Positions 8,912-17,701 of a DNA stretch of 64,000 nucleotides are shown here, piece after piece. Source of the stretch: an uncultured Bacteroides sp. Its GTDB lineage: Bacteria > Bacteroidota > Bacteroidia > Bacteroidales > Muribaculaceae. Where the stretch lies: NCBI GenBank assembly GCA_964554335.1, contig CAZKOF010000003.1, positions 15,271-79,270 of the forward strand. Reading direction: 5' to 3'. The notes under the pieces were generated by a model. That model was given only the letters and a program-made list of their open reading frames with translations. It was not told the origin of the DNA and ran no database searches. The translations under genes were made by a program, and so were the position numbers. The number at the start of each line of letters is the position of its first letter. Position 1 is the first letter of the stretch.

Positions 8912-10705
8912 TTACCAGTTCTTACCGTGATTGCGCCGGCCTCCGCCCTTGGAGGGGTCGCTCTTCGCACGCGCGCGTGCAGCAGCATCTTTTTTCTCAA
9001 CGGCATTGAGAATCTGATCTCGGTTACTTTGACTTATGTTCTGCTCCTGCTGTTGCTTTTGCTGCTCTTGCTGCTTTTGGTCTTGGTTCTGATCCTGATT
9101 CTGATTCTGCTCTTGCTGCTGTTTCTGCTGCTGTTGCTCTTGTTGCTGCTGATCCTGCCGGTCCTGATTTTGGTTCTGCTGCTGATCCTGAATCTTCTTC
9201 TCGACAAAGCGATAGTTCTCGCGTGTCTTTTCGTTAGCGGGGTTCTTGCGCAGAGCCTGCTTGTAGCACTCCAGTGCCTGCTGAAGTTGCTCTGACTCAT
9301 AGGCAACGTTGCCGAGATTATATGCTGCATATTCTGCGACAGTAGGATTCTGAGCTTTCACGAGGTTCTGCATTGTCTGCAACGCATTCTGCCTGAGCTC
9401 CTGATTTTGTTCGGCATTATCGCCGGAAAGGTGCAGGCGTGTCAGCGCCTGGTTGTAGAGGCCGACCTCGCTCGCCGGATTCGCATTCAGGGCACGGGCA
9501 TATAGTATCTCGGCCTCACGATAATGTCCGGCTTTGAACTGCTCGTTGCCCTCGCGGATAAACATGCGTTCGGGGCGAAGGGAGTTGTCGGGATAGTCAA
9601 GCAAGGGGGCTTTAGGAGCCTGAGCACCTGCGGCCAATGTTCCGGCAAACGCCACAACGATAACCGACGCTCCGCGGCTGAAAAAATTATACTTTCGAAG
9701 AAATCCGATTTTGCGGTTGGAGAATATGCAATCAATGATAACCATGAGGAGGGCAATCCAGGCAAAGACGGGAAATTGCTCGTCGTTAGCCGTATAGTTG
9801 ATTTTCCCAAAATTTGTCTTCTTGATTTCGTCGAGACGCTCGGCAAGCTCGTTCAGCGCCGAAGCGGAGGCTCCGTTGATGTAGACTCCCCCTCCCGCTG
9901 CGGCAATCTCCTGTGCGAGTTGTTCGTTGAGATATGTCGTGACAACCTGACCGTTCTCATCTTTGAGCCAATTGGTATAGCTGCGGTCAAGAGGGATCTG
10001 AGCACCCTTTCCGGAACCGAGCCCGATGACATCGACCTCAATACCCTCATCATTTGCAGCCTTTGCAACCGATACGGCATCGCCAATCTGGTCCTCAGCA
10101 TCGGTTATGACAACGATAGCACGCTCAACATCTTTCATTCCGCTGAACGAATTCATTGCGACCTGAATAGCGGCACCGATGTCCGTGCCCTGATTCTCCA
10201 CCATGCCGGTAGAAATCTCATTGAGATACAACTTGGCGGAAACAAAGTCGGGAGTCAGCGGAAGCTGAGTGAAGGCATCGCCTGCGAAGACAATAAGGCC
10301 TACGCGGTCATTATCGAGTTTGCCGAGCAGCGAGTTGAGCACATGCTTGGCTCGCTGCAGGCGGGCAATGCCGCGTGGGTCATCTGTCGACGACGCCAGC
10401 ATCGAGTTAGACACGTCAACTGCAATCATCACCTCAATGCCGCTCATCTCCTCTTCAGTAGCTTGGCCGCGAGTTCGGGGACGCGCCAACATGAAGACCA
10501 TGGCAGTCAATGCAATGAGTGCAACGACGATTTTTACCGTCGGAAGATATTTGGAAACGTCGGGCATCAGGGAGTCAAGCACCGACGAGTTGCCGAAGCG
10601 CGCAATGCGACGCCGGCGCAGAAAGCGCATGCGCCAATAGAGCAGTGCGAAAACCACCACTGCCGCGAGCATATACAACAACCGGGGATTAGCGAAATTT
10701 ACCAT
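8912..10705 (-). CDS. Fused BatB (vWA) - BatC (TPR) protein with a Gln-rich tail
   Basis: N-terminal TMs plus vWA MIDAS (IAVDVSNSM). A mid-protein TM/signal-like segment, then TPR repeats, then a QNQDQ low-complexity tail. One uninterrupted 597-aa ORF. Confidence 0.75.
   Translation of the reverse strand: MVNFANPRLLYMLAAVVVFALLYWRMRFLRRRRIARFGNSSVLDSLMPDVSKYLPTVKIVVALIALTAMVFMLARPRTRGQATEEEMSGIEVMIAVDVSNSMLASSTDDPRGIARLQRAKHVLNSLLGKLDNDRVGLIVFAGDAFTQLPLTPDFVSAKLYLNEISTGMVENQGTDIGAAIQVAMNSFSGMKDVERAIVVITDAEDQIGDAVSVAKAANDEGIEVDVIGLGSGKGAQIPLDRSYTNWLKDENGQVVTTYLNEQLAQEIAAAGGGVYINGASASALNELAERLDEIKKTNFGKINYTANDEQFPVFAWIALLMVIIDCIFSNRKIGFLRKYNFFSRGASVIVVAFAGTLAAGAQAPKAPLLDYPDNSLRPERMFIREGNEQFKAGHYREAEILYARALNANPASEVGLYNQALTRLHLSGDNAEQNQELRQNALQTMQNLVKAQNPTVAEYAAYNLGNVAYESEQLQQALECYKQALRKNPANEKTRENYRFVEKKIQDQQQNQNQDRQDQQQQEQQQQKQQQEQNQNQDQNQDQKQQEQQKQQQEQNISQSNRDQILNAVEKKDAAARARAKSDPSKGGGRRNHGKNW
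9029..9190 (-). repeat. Imperfect CAG/CAA-rich trinucleotide tract encoding a 54-aa Q/N/D/E/K low-complexity segment
   Basis: Plus strand reads CTGCTG/TTGCTG/CTGATT units. Protein reads QDQQQNQNQDRQDQQQQEQQQQKQQQEQNQNQDQNQDQKQQEQQKQQQEQNISQ. Confidence 0.85.
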
Positions 10706-10709
10706 AATA

Positions 10710-11708
10710 TCAGGGAACAGATCTGGTAATTGTCAGCTTCAATAAAAGCTGAAGTGCAAAGAATCCGAAGGCAAGCCACGCCCAAAGCATGTAGTCATCT
10801 TCTGTATGCGAGAAGTTGCGGATGTCGAACTCCGTCTTTTCCAGGGAGTCGATTTCTTTGAATACCTCCGTCAGGGCATCGGCCGAGGAAGCCGGGAAAT
10901 ATTTGCCGCCGGTCATCTTTGAAATCTGTTGAAGCGAGGCATCATCAATCGGTGTGGTCATGAACATGCCGATGGTATTTCCGTTTTCATCCTTGTAGGG
11001 CACGGCTTCTCCGGCAGTCGAGGCTCCGACCCCGATAGCATAAATCTTCACTCCGAGGTCTTTGGCAATTTCGGCTGCGGTCTCGGGAGCTACGACACCG
11101 GCATTGTTCGTGCCGTCAGTTATCAGAATTATGCTTTTGCTGACGGCAAGACCGTCCTTTATGCGGTTTATGGCCGAGGCTATACCGTCGCCGATTGCAG
11201 TGCCGTCGGCAGAGATGAGACCGACTTTGACGCCGCCGATGTAGTTGGCGAGCAGAGCACGGTCAGATGTGAGAGGCACGGCCGAGAAGCTTTCGCCTGC
11301 AAAAAGAACAAGGCCCATGTTATCATTAAGCCGACCGTTGACAAACCGGGAAGCTACTTTCTTTGCAACCTCGAGTCTGTTGACGCGCGCCATGTCGGCA
11401 GCCTGCATGGAGCCGGAAATATCGAGCACAAGCACGATATCCGTGCCCTCGACGTTGGTTTTATTCCAGGTATCGTGGGTCTGAGGCCGAGCAATGACCA
11501 CAATAAGACATGCGATTGCCATACAACGCATTGCAAAGAGAATATGACGCAACCATGCTTTCCAACCTCCGCTGACTGCGGCCAGCGGCAAGGTCGATGA
11601 AATCCGGAGTGCCGGCTCCTTATGGCGACGGACAACATACCATGCAATCAGCGGAATCAACAGGAGCAAAAGCCATAAAGCATGGGGATGCATGAACTGA
11701 ACATTCAT
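10710..11708 (-). CDS. batA: BatA-like vWA domain membrane protein
   Basis: N-terminal TMs, MIDAS IVLVLDISGSM, and a C-terminal TM. 332 aa. Confidence 0.8.
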   Translation of the reverse strand: MNVQFMHPHALWLLLLLIPLIAWYVVRRHKEPALRISSTLPLAAVSGGWKAWLRHILFAMRCMAIACLIVVIARPQTHDTWNKTNVEGTDIVLVLDISGSMQAADMARVNRLEVAKKVASRFVNGRLNDNMGLVLFAGESFSAVPLTSDRALLANYIGGVKVGLISADGTAIGDGIASAINRIKDGLAVSKSIILITDGTNNAGVVAPETAAEIAKDLGVKIYAIGVGASTAGEAVPYKDENGNTIGMFMTTPIDDASLQQISKMTGGKYFPASSADALTEVFKEIDSLEKTEFDIRNFSHTEDDYMLWAWLAFGFFALQLLLKLTITRSVP

Positions 11709-12682
11709 CGCTTTGCCTCCTTTCCCGCCTCAACCGGTTCGGGCTCAGGCTTTGTTTTCTCAACAAACTGCATTGCCTGATTGAATGCACGCGCGTTGTC
11801 CTCGGGCAACGGACGCATACGGGCGAACTTAACATAGTCGGCCATTTCGAGAATTTCCGTCATCATGCTTGAAGCAGATTTCTCGGAAACGGTTGCATAG
11901 ACCGCACGTTTTATCTGAGGCGTTGTCATCTCCATTGCATTGATGCCGAATCGGCCCTCGAGATACTGGCGAAGAATCTCGGTAAGCTCGGTATAATATT
12001 CCTTTTCGCGACCTTTCTCACAAAGCTGGCGAACTTTGAGATTCTGAAGCTCGGCCATCGCCTTCTCATAGGGAGGAACGGGCTTGACGGGGGTTGCAAG
12101 TACCTGCTTGAGTCCACCTTTGCGGTGTAAAATGTAGGCAGCCACGGCTCCGCCGATGAGCAGTAGCCCGAGCAGGATAGCCCACCAATAATAATAAATC
12201 CAGTCGGGCAACCAGTCCCAGAAATGACGCGGCTGAGCAGCTTCAGGCATCATGGCGTGCACTGTTGTCATCGTGTCTACGTCGGCGGTATAGACCTTCA
12301 TGGCGAATGGTGCTGAACGGAATGTATCTATGCCTGCCACGAGAGCTATTCCGGGCACGACAACCTCTCCGGAGTCCCAGGGCTGCACAAGAATTGTGCG
12401 CCTCAGCTGCAGACGATCGTTACCGAGGTCTGTCGTGTCGACCGGCGAGGAGTAATTGACCTCAACACCCGGATATATCTCAACAACCCGATTTGATGAG
12501 TCAACCGGATCACTGAGCCAGCGCATATTCAAGCCACGCGGCTGCACAACGTCTACATTCACCCGGCGGAGACCGCCCTGCATGACGTCGACCGAGTCAA
12601 TGACGGCATTGACCTGAACGGGTCCGGCCCATGCCGAGGCTCCGAGCAGCAGACTTGCGGATATTATTGAAGTTCTTTTCAT
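11705..12682 (-). CDS. Bat-operon membrane protein (secreted beta-rich N-domain, one TM, helical DUF4381-like tail)
   Basis: The ATG at 12682 yields signal peptide MKRTSIISASLLLGASAWA. TM is WWAILLGLLLIGGAVAAYIL. 4-nt overlap with batA. Occupies the slot between DUF58 and BatA. Confidence 0.55.
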   Translation of the reverse strand: MKRTSIISASLLLGASAWAGPVQVNAVIDSVDVMQGGLRRVNVDVVQPRGLNMRWLSDPVDSSNRVVEIYPGVEVNYSSPVDTTDLGNDRLQLRRTILVQPWDSGEVVVPGIALVAGIDTFRSAPFAMKVYTADVDTMTTVHAMMPEAAQPRHFWDWLPDWIYYYWWAILLGLLLIGGAVAAYILHRKGGLKQVLATPVKPVPPYEKAMAELQNLKVRQLCEKGREKEYYTELTEILRQYLEGRFGINAMEMTTPQIKRAVYATVSEKSASSMMTEILEMADYVKFARMRPLPEDNARAFNQAMQFVEKTKPEPEPVEAGKEAKR

Positions 12683-12693
12683 AGAGACCAATC

Positions 12694-13569
12694 TTATTTT
12701 ACCCCACGTTGATGGAACAGAGCCATCAGCGCCTTGACATAATCGTCGTCGGTGGCAATCGATGCGCAATCGACCTTACATTTGTTTAGGGTTGCGGTCA
12801 TGGTCTGCTGGCGGTCGTACCACCATTTGTCGTAGACCTTGCGCACTTTCGCCGACGATGTGTCAACCCAACATTCGCGTCCGCTTTCGAGGTCGCTTAC
12901 GCGGATAAGGCCCACCGAGGGGAGCTTGGCGTCGCGCTTGTCATAAACCTGAATGGCGGTTACGTCATGCTTGCGGGCGGCTATCGACATAGGCTGATAG
13001 TAGTCATGCTCATCGATGAAGTCGCTGATGACAAAAGCCGAGCAGTGCTTCTTGATGACATCGCTGAGATAACGCATCGCCTCGCCGATATCCGTTCCGT
13101 TCTCCTGAGGATTGAAATCGAGGAGTTCGCGAATGATGTAGAGAATATGGCGCATACCCTTTTTAGGAGGTATGAACTTCTCGATTTTCGATGAGAAGAA
13201 GACCACGCCGATTTTATCGTTGTTCTGCGACGCGGAGAAAGCAAGTGTGGCTGCAATCTCGGCAATCATTTCGCGCTTCTGCTCTCCTACCGCACCGAAA
13301 AGACGGCTTCCGCTGACGTCGACCAGAAGCATGAGCGTCAGTTCGCGCTCCTCCTCATAGACTTTAACGTAGGGGTGGTTCTGGCGAGCGGTGACGTTCC
13401 AGTCAATGTCGCGGATGTCGTCGCCATACTGATATTCGCGCACTTCGCTGAAAGTCATTCCGCGCCCTTTGAAAGCCGAATGATACTCTCCCGCAAAAAT
13501 GTTGCGCGAGAGTCCTTTGGTCTTGATTTCAATCCGGCGGACCTTTTTCAGCAGTTCGTTTGCGTCCAT
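12694..13569 (-). CDS. DUF58 domain protein (MoxR-associated)
   Basis: YQYGDDIRDIDWNVTAR motif and the vWA-like LLVDVSGS. Immediately downstream of MoxR. Confidence 0.8.
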   Translation of the reverse strand: MDANELLKKVRRIEIKTKGLSRNIFAGEYHSAFKGRGMTFSEVREYQYGDDIRDIDWNVTARQNHPYVKVYEEERELTLMLLVDVSGSRLFGAVGEQKREMIAEIAATLAFSASQNNDKIGVVFFSSKIEKFIPPKKGMRHILYIIRELLDFNPQENGTDIGEAMRYLSDVIKKHCSAFVISDFIDEHDYYQPMSIAARKHDVTAIQVYDKRDAKLPSVGLIRVSDLESGRECWVDTSSAKVRKVYDKWWYDRQQTMTATLNKCKVDCASIATDDDYVKALMALFHQRGVK

Positions 13570-13571
13570 CG

Positions 13572-14567
13572 TCAGGGAACTTGTACCTTGTCAAGAATTG
13601 ATGAGATGACCTCGTCGGTCGTTATATTGTTGGCCTCGGCCTCATAGCTCAGGCCGATGCGGTGACGAAGCACATCGTGGCAAACTGCGCGGACATCATC
13701 GGGGACCACAAAACCGCGGTGCTGCAGGAAAGCATACGCACGCGCCGCCTTTGCAAGCGCGATGGAAGCACGCGGCGATGCCCCGAACGAGATTATACTC
13801 TTAAGGTCGGTAAGTTCGTAGTCGTCGGGGAAGCGGGTAGCGAAAACGATGTCAACAATGTACCGTTCAATCTTCTCGTCGATATAAATGCCGGCAACTG
13901 TCTGCTGCGCGTCGAGCACCTCCTCGGGCTTAATCAGCGGACGGATTTCCGTTTTAACCGGCGAGATATTTTGGCGGATAATCAGTTTTTCATCCTCGCG
14001 GGTCGGATAGCTGATGACAACTTTCAGCAGGAAACGGTCAACCTGCGCTTCGGGCAGCGGGTATGTTCCCTCCTGCTCGATGGGGTTCTGAGTCGCCATG
14101 ACAAGGAAAGGCTCGTCGAGTTTGAACGTATTGTCGCCGATAGTTACCTGACGCTCCTGCATGGCTTCGAGCAGCGCTGACTGCACTTTTGCCGGAGCAC
14201 GGTTGATTTCATCTGCGAGCACGAAATTGGCGAAAACAGGACCACGCTTAACCTGAAAGGTTTCGTTCTTGACGGAGTAGACCATAGTGCCGATAACGTC
14301 TGCCGGCAGCAGATCGGGGGTGAACTGAATGCGGCTGAACTTGGCGTCGATAAGCTGGCTGAGAGTTTTGATTGCAAGAGTTTTCGCCAGACCGGGCACA
14401 CCTTCAAGCAGCACGTGTCCGTTGCTCAACAGAGCAATCAGAAGTGATTCCACAAGATGTTTCTGGCCAACGATTGTCTGGTCCATGCCTTTGACAATCA
14501 TGTCGATGAAATTGCTTTTCGCGGCGACTATCTCATTGAGTTCGCGAATATTTACCGGTTCACTCAT
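13572..14567 (-). CDS. MoxR-family AAA+ ATPase
   Basis: Walker A GVPGLAKT, Walker B FVLADEINRA, and the MoxR-typical length (331 aa) and C-terminal region. Confidence 0.9.
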   Translation of the reverse strand: MSEPVNIRELNEIVAAKSNFIDMIVKGMDQTIVGQKHLVESLLIALLSNGHVLLEGVPGLAKTLAIKTLSQLIDAKFSRIQFTPDLLPADVIGTMVYSVKNETFQVKRGPVFANFVLADEINRAPAKVQSALLEAMQERQVTIGDNTFKLDEPFLVMATQNPIEQEGTYPLPEAQVDRFLLKVVISYPTREDEKLIIRQNISPVKTEIRPLIKPEEVLDAQQTVAGIYIDEKIERYIVDIVFATRFPDDYELTDLKSIISFGASPRASIALAKAARAYAFLQHRGFVVPDDVRAVCHDVLRHRIGLSYEAEANNITTDEVISSILDKVQVP

Positions 14568-14612
14568 AGTGTTGTTAAGAGTTATATATTTCTCAAAATT
14601 GGGTTAACGGCG

Positions 14613-14620
14613 CAAAATTA
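14613..14620 (-). promoter_or_regulatory. -7 promoter box TAATTTTG for the moxR/bat operon
   Basis: Exact TAnnTTTG on the minus strand, 45 nt upstream of the moxR ATG (14567), in an AT-rich spacer. Confidence 0.5.
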
Positions 14621-14680
14621 ACTATTTAACAAATATAGGAAGCGTTCCGTTTAGTTAATTATTATTATTTTTGACTATCG

Positions 14681-15634
14681 TCAGTTAAAGCGCGCGTAGA
14701 TTTCCCGTGCTTTTTTCTCAGCTGCGGCGATTTGCTCCTCATTGTCAGGGTTCAGACCGAGCGATGAAGCCGACGGGATAACAACTACTGTCCCGGCGCT
14801 GATGCGGTCGGGATGACCGAGTCTGTCAGCATTGGCTTCGTAGATATAAACCCAGAATTCCAGGCGACCATAATGAGCTCGCGACATCGTTGTCAAAAAA
14901 CGCTGCGGGGTGATGGTATCTGTAATCATCGGTTGGGACTCCGCCGGCTTCTCCGACTCAACAGGAGGAACCGCCGGCTCCTCCGTAGCCTCAACGGTTT
15001 CGGCGGCACCATGGTGGTCAACTGCCGTTTGTTCGACGACAGCACTGTCCGCAATCGGTGACTCAGGCACGAAGTCACGCGCAAACCATCCCAGCGCGAG
15101 GCAGGCAATGCACGATGCCGCCCAGCCATACCAGGCCCGTGAACTGCGGCTCGACTTATGCGCCGGTCTATATTCAGGCGGCGCGGGATCAGGTCGCGCC
15201 GCCTCATCTTCCATGCTGACAGAGGGAGCTGATACCGGTTCCGGATCAGGTTCCGGGCGAGGCTCGGGAGCGGCGTCTTCGCGTTCTTCGAATTCAGCGG
15301 CTTCAGCAATCTCCTCTGAGGGTTGCTCCTCTGCCGGCTCTACAACACTCAAAGCGTCATTCTCCCACTCCCCTTCAGGCAGCTCTATTGCCTCAAAAGC
15401 GGAAAACGGGGCATTCAACTCTTCGGCAATAGCCGAATCGGGGGCGAAGGCGACCGACTCCCCGGTCACTACAAAAACCCCGATGCCGGGAATCTCAACT
15501 TTTCCCTCGGCCTCAAGTTCTTCAGCAGCCAGCCGGAAAGTTTCACGGATGAAGTTCTCGGCATCATCGGACGACGACTGTGTCAGCCCGGCCACGCTTG
15601 TGGCAAGCTCCGAAAGAATTATCACTTTATTCAT
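14681..15634 (-). CDS. HU-like (HU-CCDC81 type) domain / acidic Pro-rich linker / TM / LysM-like domain protein
   Basis: N-terminus LSELATSVAGLT...ENFIRETFRLAAEELEAEGKVEIPGIGVF is HU-like. TM is AWYGWAASCIACLALGWFA. C-terminus FWVYIYEANADRLGHPDRISAGTVVVIPS is LysM-like. Confidence 0.6.
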   Translation of the reverse strand: MNKVIILSELATSVAGLTQSSSDDAENFIRETFRLAAEELEAEGKVEIPGIGVFVVTGESVAFAPDSAIAEELNAPFSAFEAIELPEGEWENDALSVVEPAEEQPSEEIAEAAEFEEREDAAPEPRPEPDPEPVSAPSVSMEDEAARPDPAPPEYRPAHKSSRSSRAWYGWAASCIACLALGWFARDFVPESPIADSAVVEQTAVDHHGAAETVEATEEPAVPPVESEKPAESQPMITDTITPQRFLTTMSRAHYGRLEFWVYIYEANADRLGHPDRISAGTVVVIPSASSLGLNPDNEEQIAAAEKKAREIYARFN

Positions 15635-15911
15635 CGCTTTTGGGGTCGATCAGTTTGCGTAATTTACCGGCCGGGCGGAATGTCAACTCGATTTCAGGAG
15701 GCAAAAGCATATGCGAACCCGACGAGCGATCAACAACAATCCGCTCATCATGCTTTATAGCCTCAAAATTGCCGAACGATGGGATAGCAACCGAGTCGAG
15801 TTCCCCGCAGTGTATCAACAAAGCTTTTGCCACGGCCTCAAGCAGAGTTTCCGCGGTCCTGCGGTCACGCCCCGTCCTTCTGCTCAGTTCCGATATGAAT
15901 TGCTTACCCAT
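15627..15911 (-). CDS. HU/IHF family DNA-binding protein
   Basis: 94 aa. ELSRRTGRDRRTAETLLEAVAKAL...IPSFGNFE...FRPAGKL follows the HU fold pattern. Confidence 0.75.
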   Translation of the reverse strand: MGKQFISELSRRTGRDRRTAETLLEAVAKALLIHCGELDSVAIPSFGNFEAIKHDERIVVDRSSGSHMLLPPEIELTFRPAGKLRKLIDPKSDE

Positions 15912-15913
15912 TT

Positions 15914-16534
15914 TCAGTCGAAAGATGTCTGCACAGGCAGGTTGTTAAGTTCATCAATGTAATCGAGCAGCTCCTCGCGTCCGAATCCGGTTTCCGAGGA
16001 TGTGACGAAAATCGGAGGAAGCTCGACCCACTGCTCAAGGAGCTTTTTCTTATAGTTCTCGATATTGGTTTCGGCGGCAACCTTTCCGAGTTTGTCGACT
16101 TTTGTGAAAACAATCGCGAAAGGCACACCGTTTTCGCCAAGCCACTCCATGAATTCGAGATCGATTTTCTGCGGTTCGTGGCGGGAGTCAACAAGCACGA
16201 ACAACGACGTCATCTGCGGACGGTCGATGATGTAGCCGCTGATGATACGTTCAAGTTTCCTGCGGTCCTCCTTGCTTCGCTTGGCATAACCGTAGCCGGG
16301 AAGATCCACGATATACCAGCCGTCGTTGATGAGAAAATGGTTAATCAGAGTTGTCTTTCCGGGGGTTGCCGACGTCATCGCAAGTTTGCGCTTGCCGGTC
16401 AACATGTTGATAAGCGATGACTTGCCGACATTGCTTCGCCCGATGAAGGCATATTCATGAAGCGACGTAGCAGGACATCGGCCGACATCACTGTTGCTGA
16501 TTTCAAATTTTGCTGATTTTATCTGCATGTTCAA
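15914..16534 (-). CDS. engB: Ribosome biogenesis GTP-binding protein YihA/EngB
   Basis: G1 [13 protein letters not shown]3 DLPGYGYA, G4 TKVDK. 206 aa. Confidence 0.9.
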   Translation of the reverse strand: MNMQIKSAKFEISNSDVGRCPATSLHEYAFIGRSNVGKSSLINMLTGKRKLAMTSATPGKTTLINHFLINDGWYIVDLPGYGYAKRSKEDRRKLERIISGYIIDRPQMTSLFVLVDSRHEPQKIDLEFMEWLGENGVPFAIVFTKVDKLGKVAAETNIENYKKKLLEQWVELPPIFVTSSETGFGREELLDYIDELNNLPVQTSFD

Positions 16535-16568
16535 GTTATGAGGTTATGAGAGAGTGGGTAAATCCGTG

Positions 16569-16576
16569 CAAAGTTA
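16569..16576 (-). promoter_or_regulatory. -7 promoter box TAACTTTG for the engB-HU-HU/LysM operon
   Basis: Exact TAnnTTTG on the minus strand, 34 nt upstream of the engB ATG (16534). Confidence 0.55.
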
Positions 16577-16624
16577 CACATAATATTTAATATAACAACT
16601 ATTGGCCAAATGTAGTTTTTTTCG

Positions 16625-16632
16625 TAACTTTG
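16625..16632 (+). promoter_or_regulatory. -7 promoter box TAACTTTG for the lpxD operon
   Basis: Exact TAnnTTTG within TTCGTAACTTTGC, 33 nt upstream of the lpxD ATG (16666). Confidence 0.55.
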
Positions 16633-16665
16633 CGGCGCTTAATCGAGCCAAAATATCAGTATCAA

Positions 16666-17694
16666 ATGGAATTTTCCGCACAGCAGATAGCAGAACTACT
16701 CGGAGGAGCCGTCGACGGCAATCCCGACGTGCAACTTTCAACATTCGACAAAATCGAGAGCGCCGGGCCGCAGGCTCTGACGTTCCTGTCCAATCTCAAA
16801 TATTCCCATTTTTTATACACTACCCGGGCCGGAGCCGTACTCGTCGGTCGCGACTTTGTTCCAACGGAGAAGGTTCCGACTACCCTGATCCGTGTCGATG
16901 ACCCCTATGCCGCTTTGGCTCAGCTGATGCGCATGGCAGACGCCCTTATGAATCCTCAGCCTTCGGGCATCGAGGAACCCTCGTATATTGCCGACGGGGT
17001 AACGGTGCCGACCGACTGCTATATCGGCGCATTCGCCTACATCGGCGCAGGAGCGAAACTGGGAGAGGGAGTGCGCATTTACCCCCAGGCCTATGTCGGT
17101 CAAGGGATTGAAATCGGCGAAGGCACAATCATCTACTCCGGTGCAAAAATCTACCGCGGCAGTAAAATCGGGCGTAACTGCGTGATTCATGCCGGAGTAG
17201 TTATCGGTGGCGACGGTTTCGGGTTTGCGCCCAATCCCGACGGGACCTACACAAAGATTCCCCAGCTCGGAATCGCCGAGATTGCCGACAATGTTGAAAT
17301 CGGCGCCAACACGACGGTTGACCGTGCGACTATGGGCCGCACATATGTTGGAGAAGGAACCAAGCTCGACAACCTCATACAGGTTGCCCATAATGTTGAA
17401 ATCGGACGCAACAATGTCATGGCATCACAGGTCGGAATTGCCGGATCGGCAAAAATCGGCGACCACTGCATGATTGGCGGCCAGGTCGGTATCGCCGGCC
17501 ATATAACGATTGGCAACAACGTGAACATAGGAGCACAGAGCGGCGTGCACACCTCAACGCTTTCCGGTCGTACCGTCATGGGCTCACCGACAATAGATGC
17601 GCGCAAGTGGCTGCGCAATGCCGGCTACGTCAACCGCATTTCAGAACTCTTCGAGCGCGTTACCAAGATAGAAAAAAATCTCACAAAACAATAA
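16666..17694 (+). CDS. lpxD: UDP-3-O-acylglucosamine N-acyltransferase
   Basis: N-terminal LpxD domain ([12 protein letters not shown]), hexapeptide repeats, about 342 aa, followed by lpxC/fabZ and lpxA. The 16630 TTG extension overlaps the promoter box. Confidence 0.9.
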   Translation: MEFSAQQIAELLGGAVDGNPDVQLSTFDKIESAGPQALTFLSNLKYSHFLYTTRAGAVLVGRDFVPTEKVPTTLIRVDDPYAALAQLMRMADALMNPQPSGIEEPSYIADGVTVPTDCYIGAFAYIGAGAKLGEGVRIYPQAYVGQGIEIGEGTIIYSGAKIYRGSKIGRNCVIHAGVVIGGDGFGFAPNPDGTYTKIPQLGIAEIADNVEIGANTTVDRATMGRTYVGEGTKLDNLIQVAHNVEIGRNNVMASQVGIAGSAKIGDHCMIGGQVGIAGHITIGNNVNIGAQSGVHTSTLSGRTVMGSPTIDARKWLRNAGYVNRISELFERVTKIEKNLTKQ

Positions 17695-17701
17695 TATAAT
17701 C

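Noticed and set aside
8927-9295. 122-aa plus-strand ORF with a long poly-Leu run
   Set aside because: It is the mirror image of the CAG/CAA-rich tract of the BatB/C gene, so it is an artefact of the repeat and not a membrane protein gene.
6339-14567. MoxR-vWA gene set as a previously undescribed system
   Set aside because: It corresponds gene-for-gene to the known Bacteroides Bat aerotolerance operon. Only the BatB-BatC fusion and the Q-rich tail are reported as variations.
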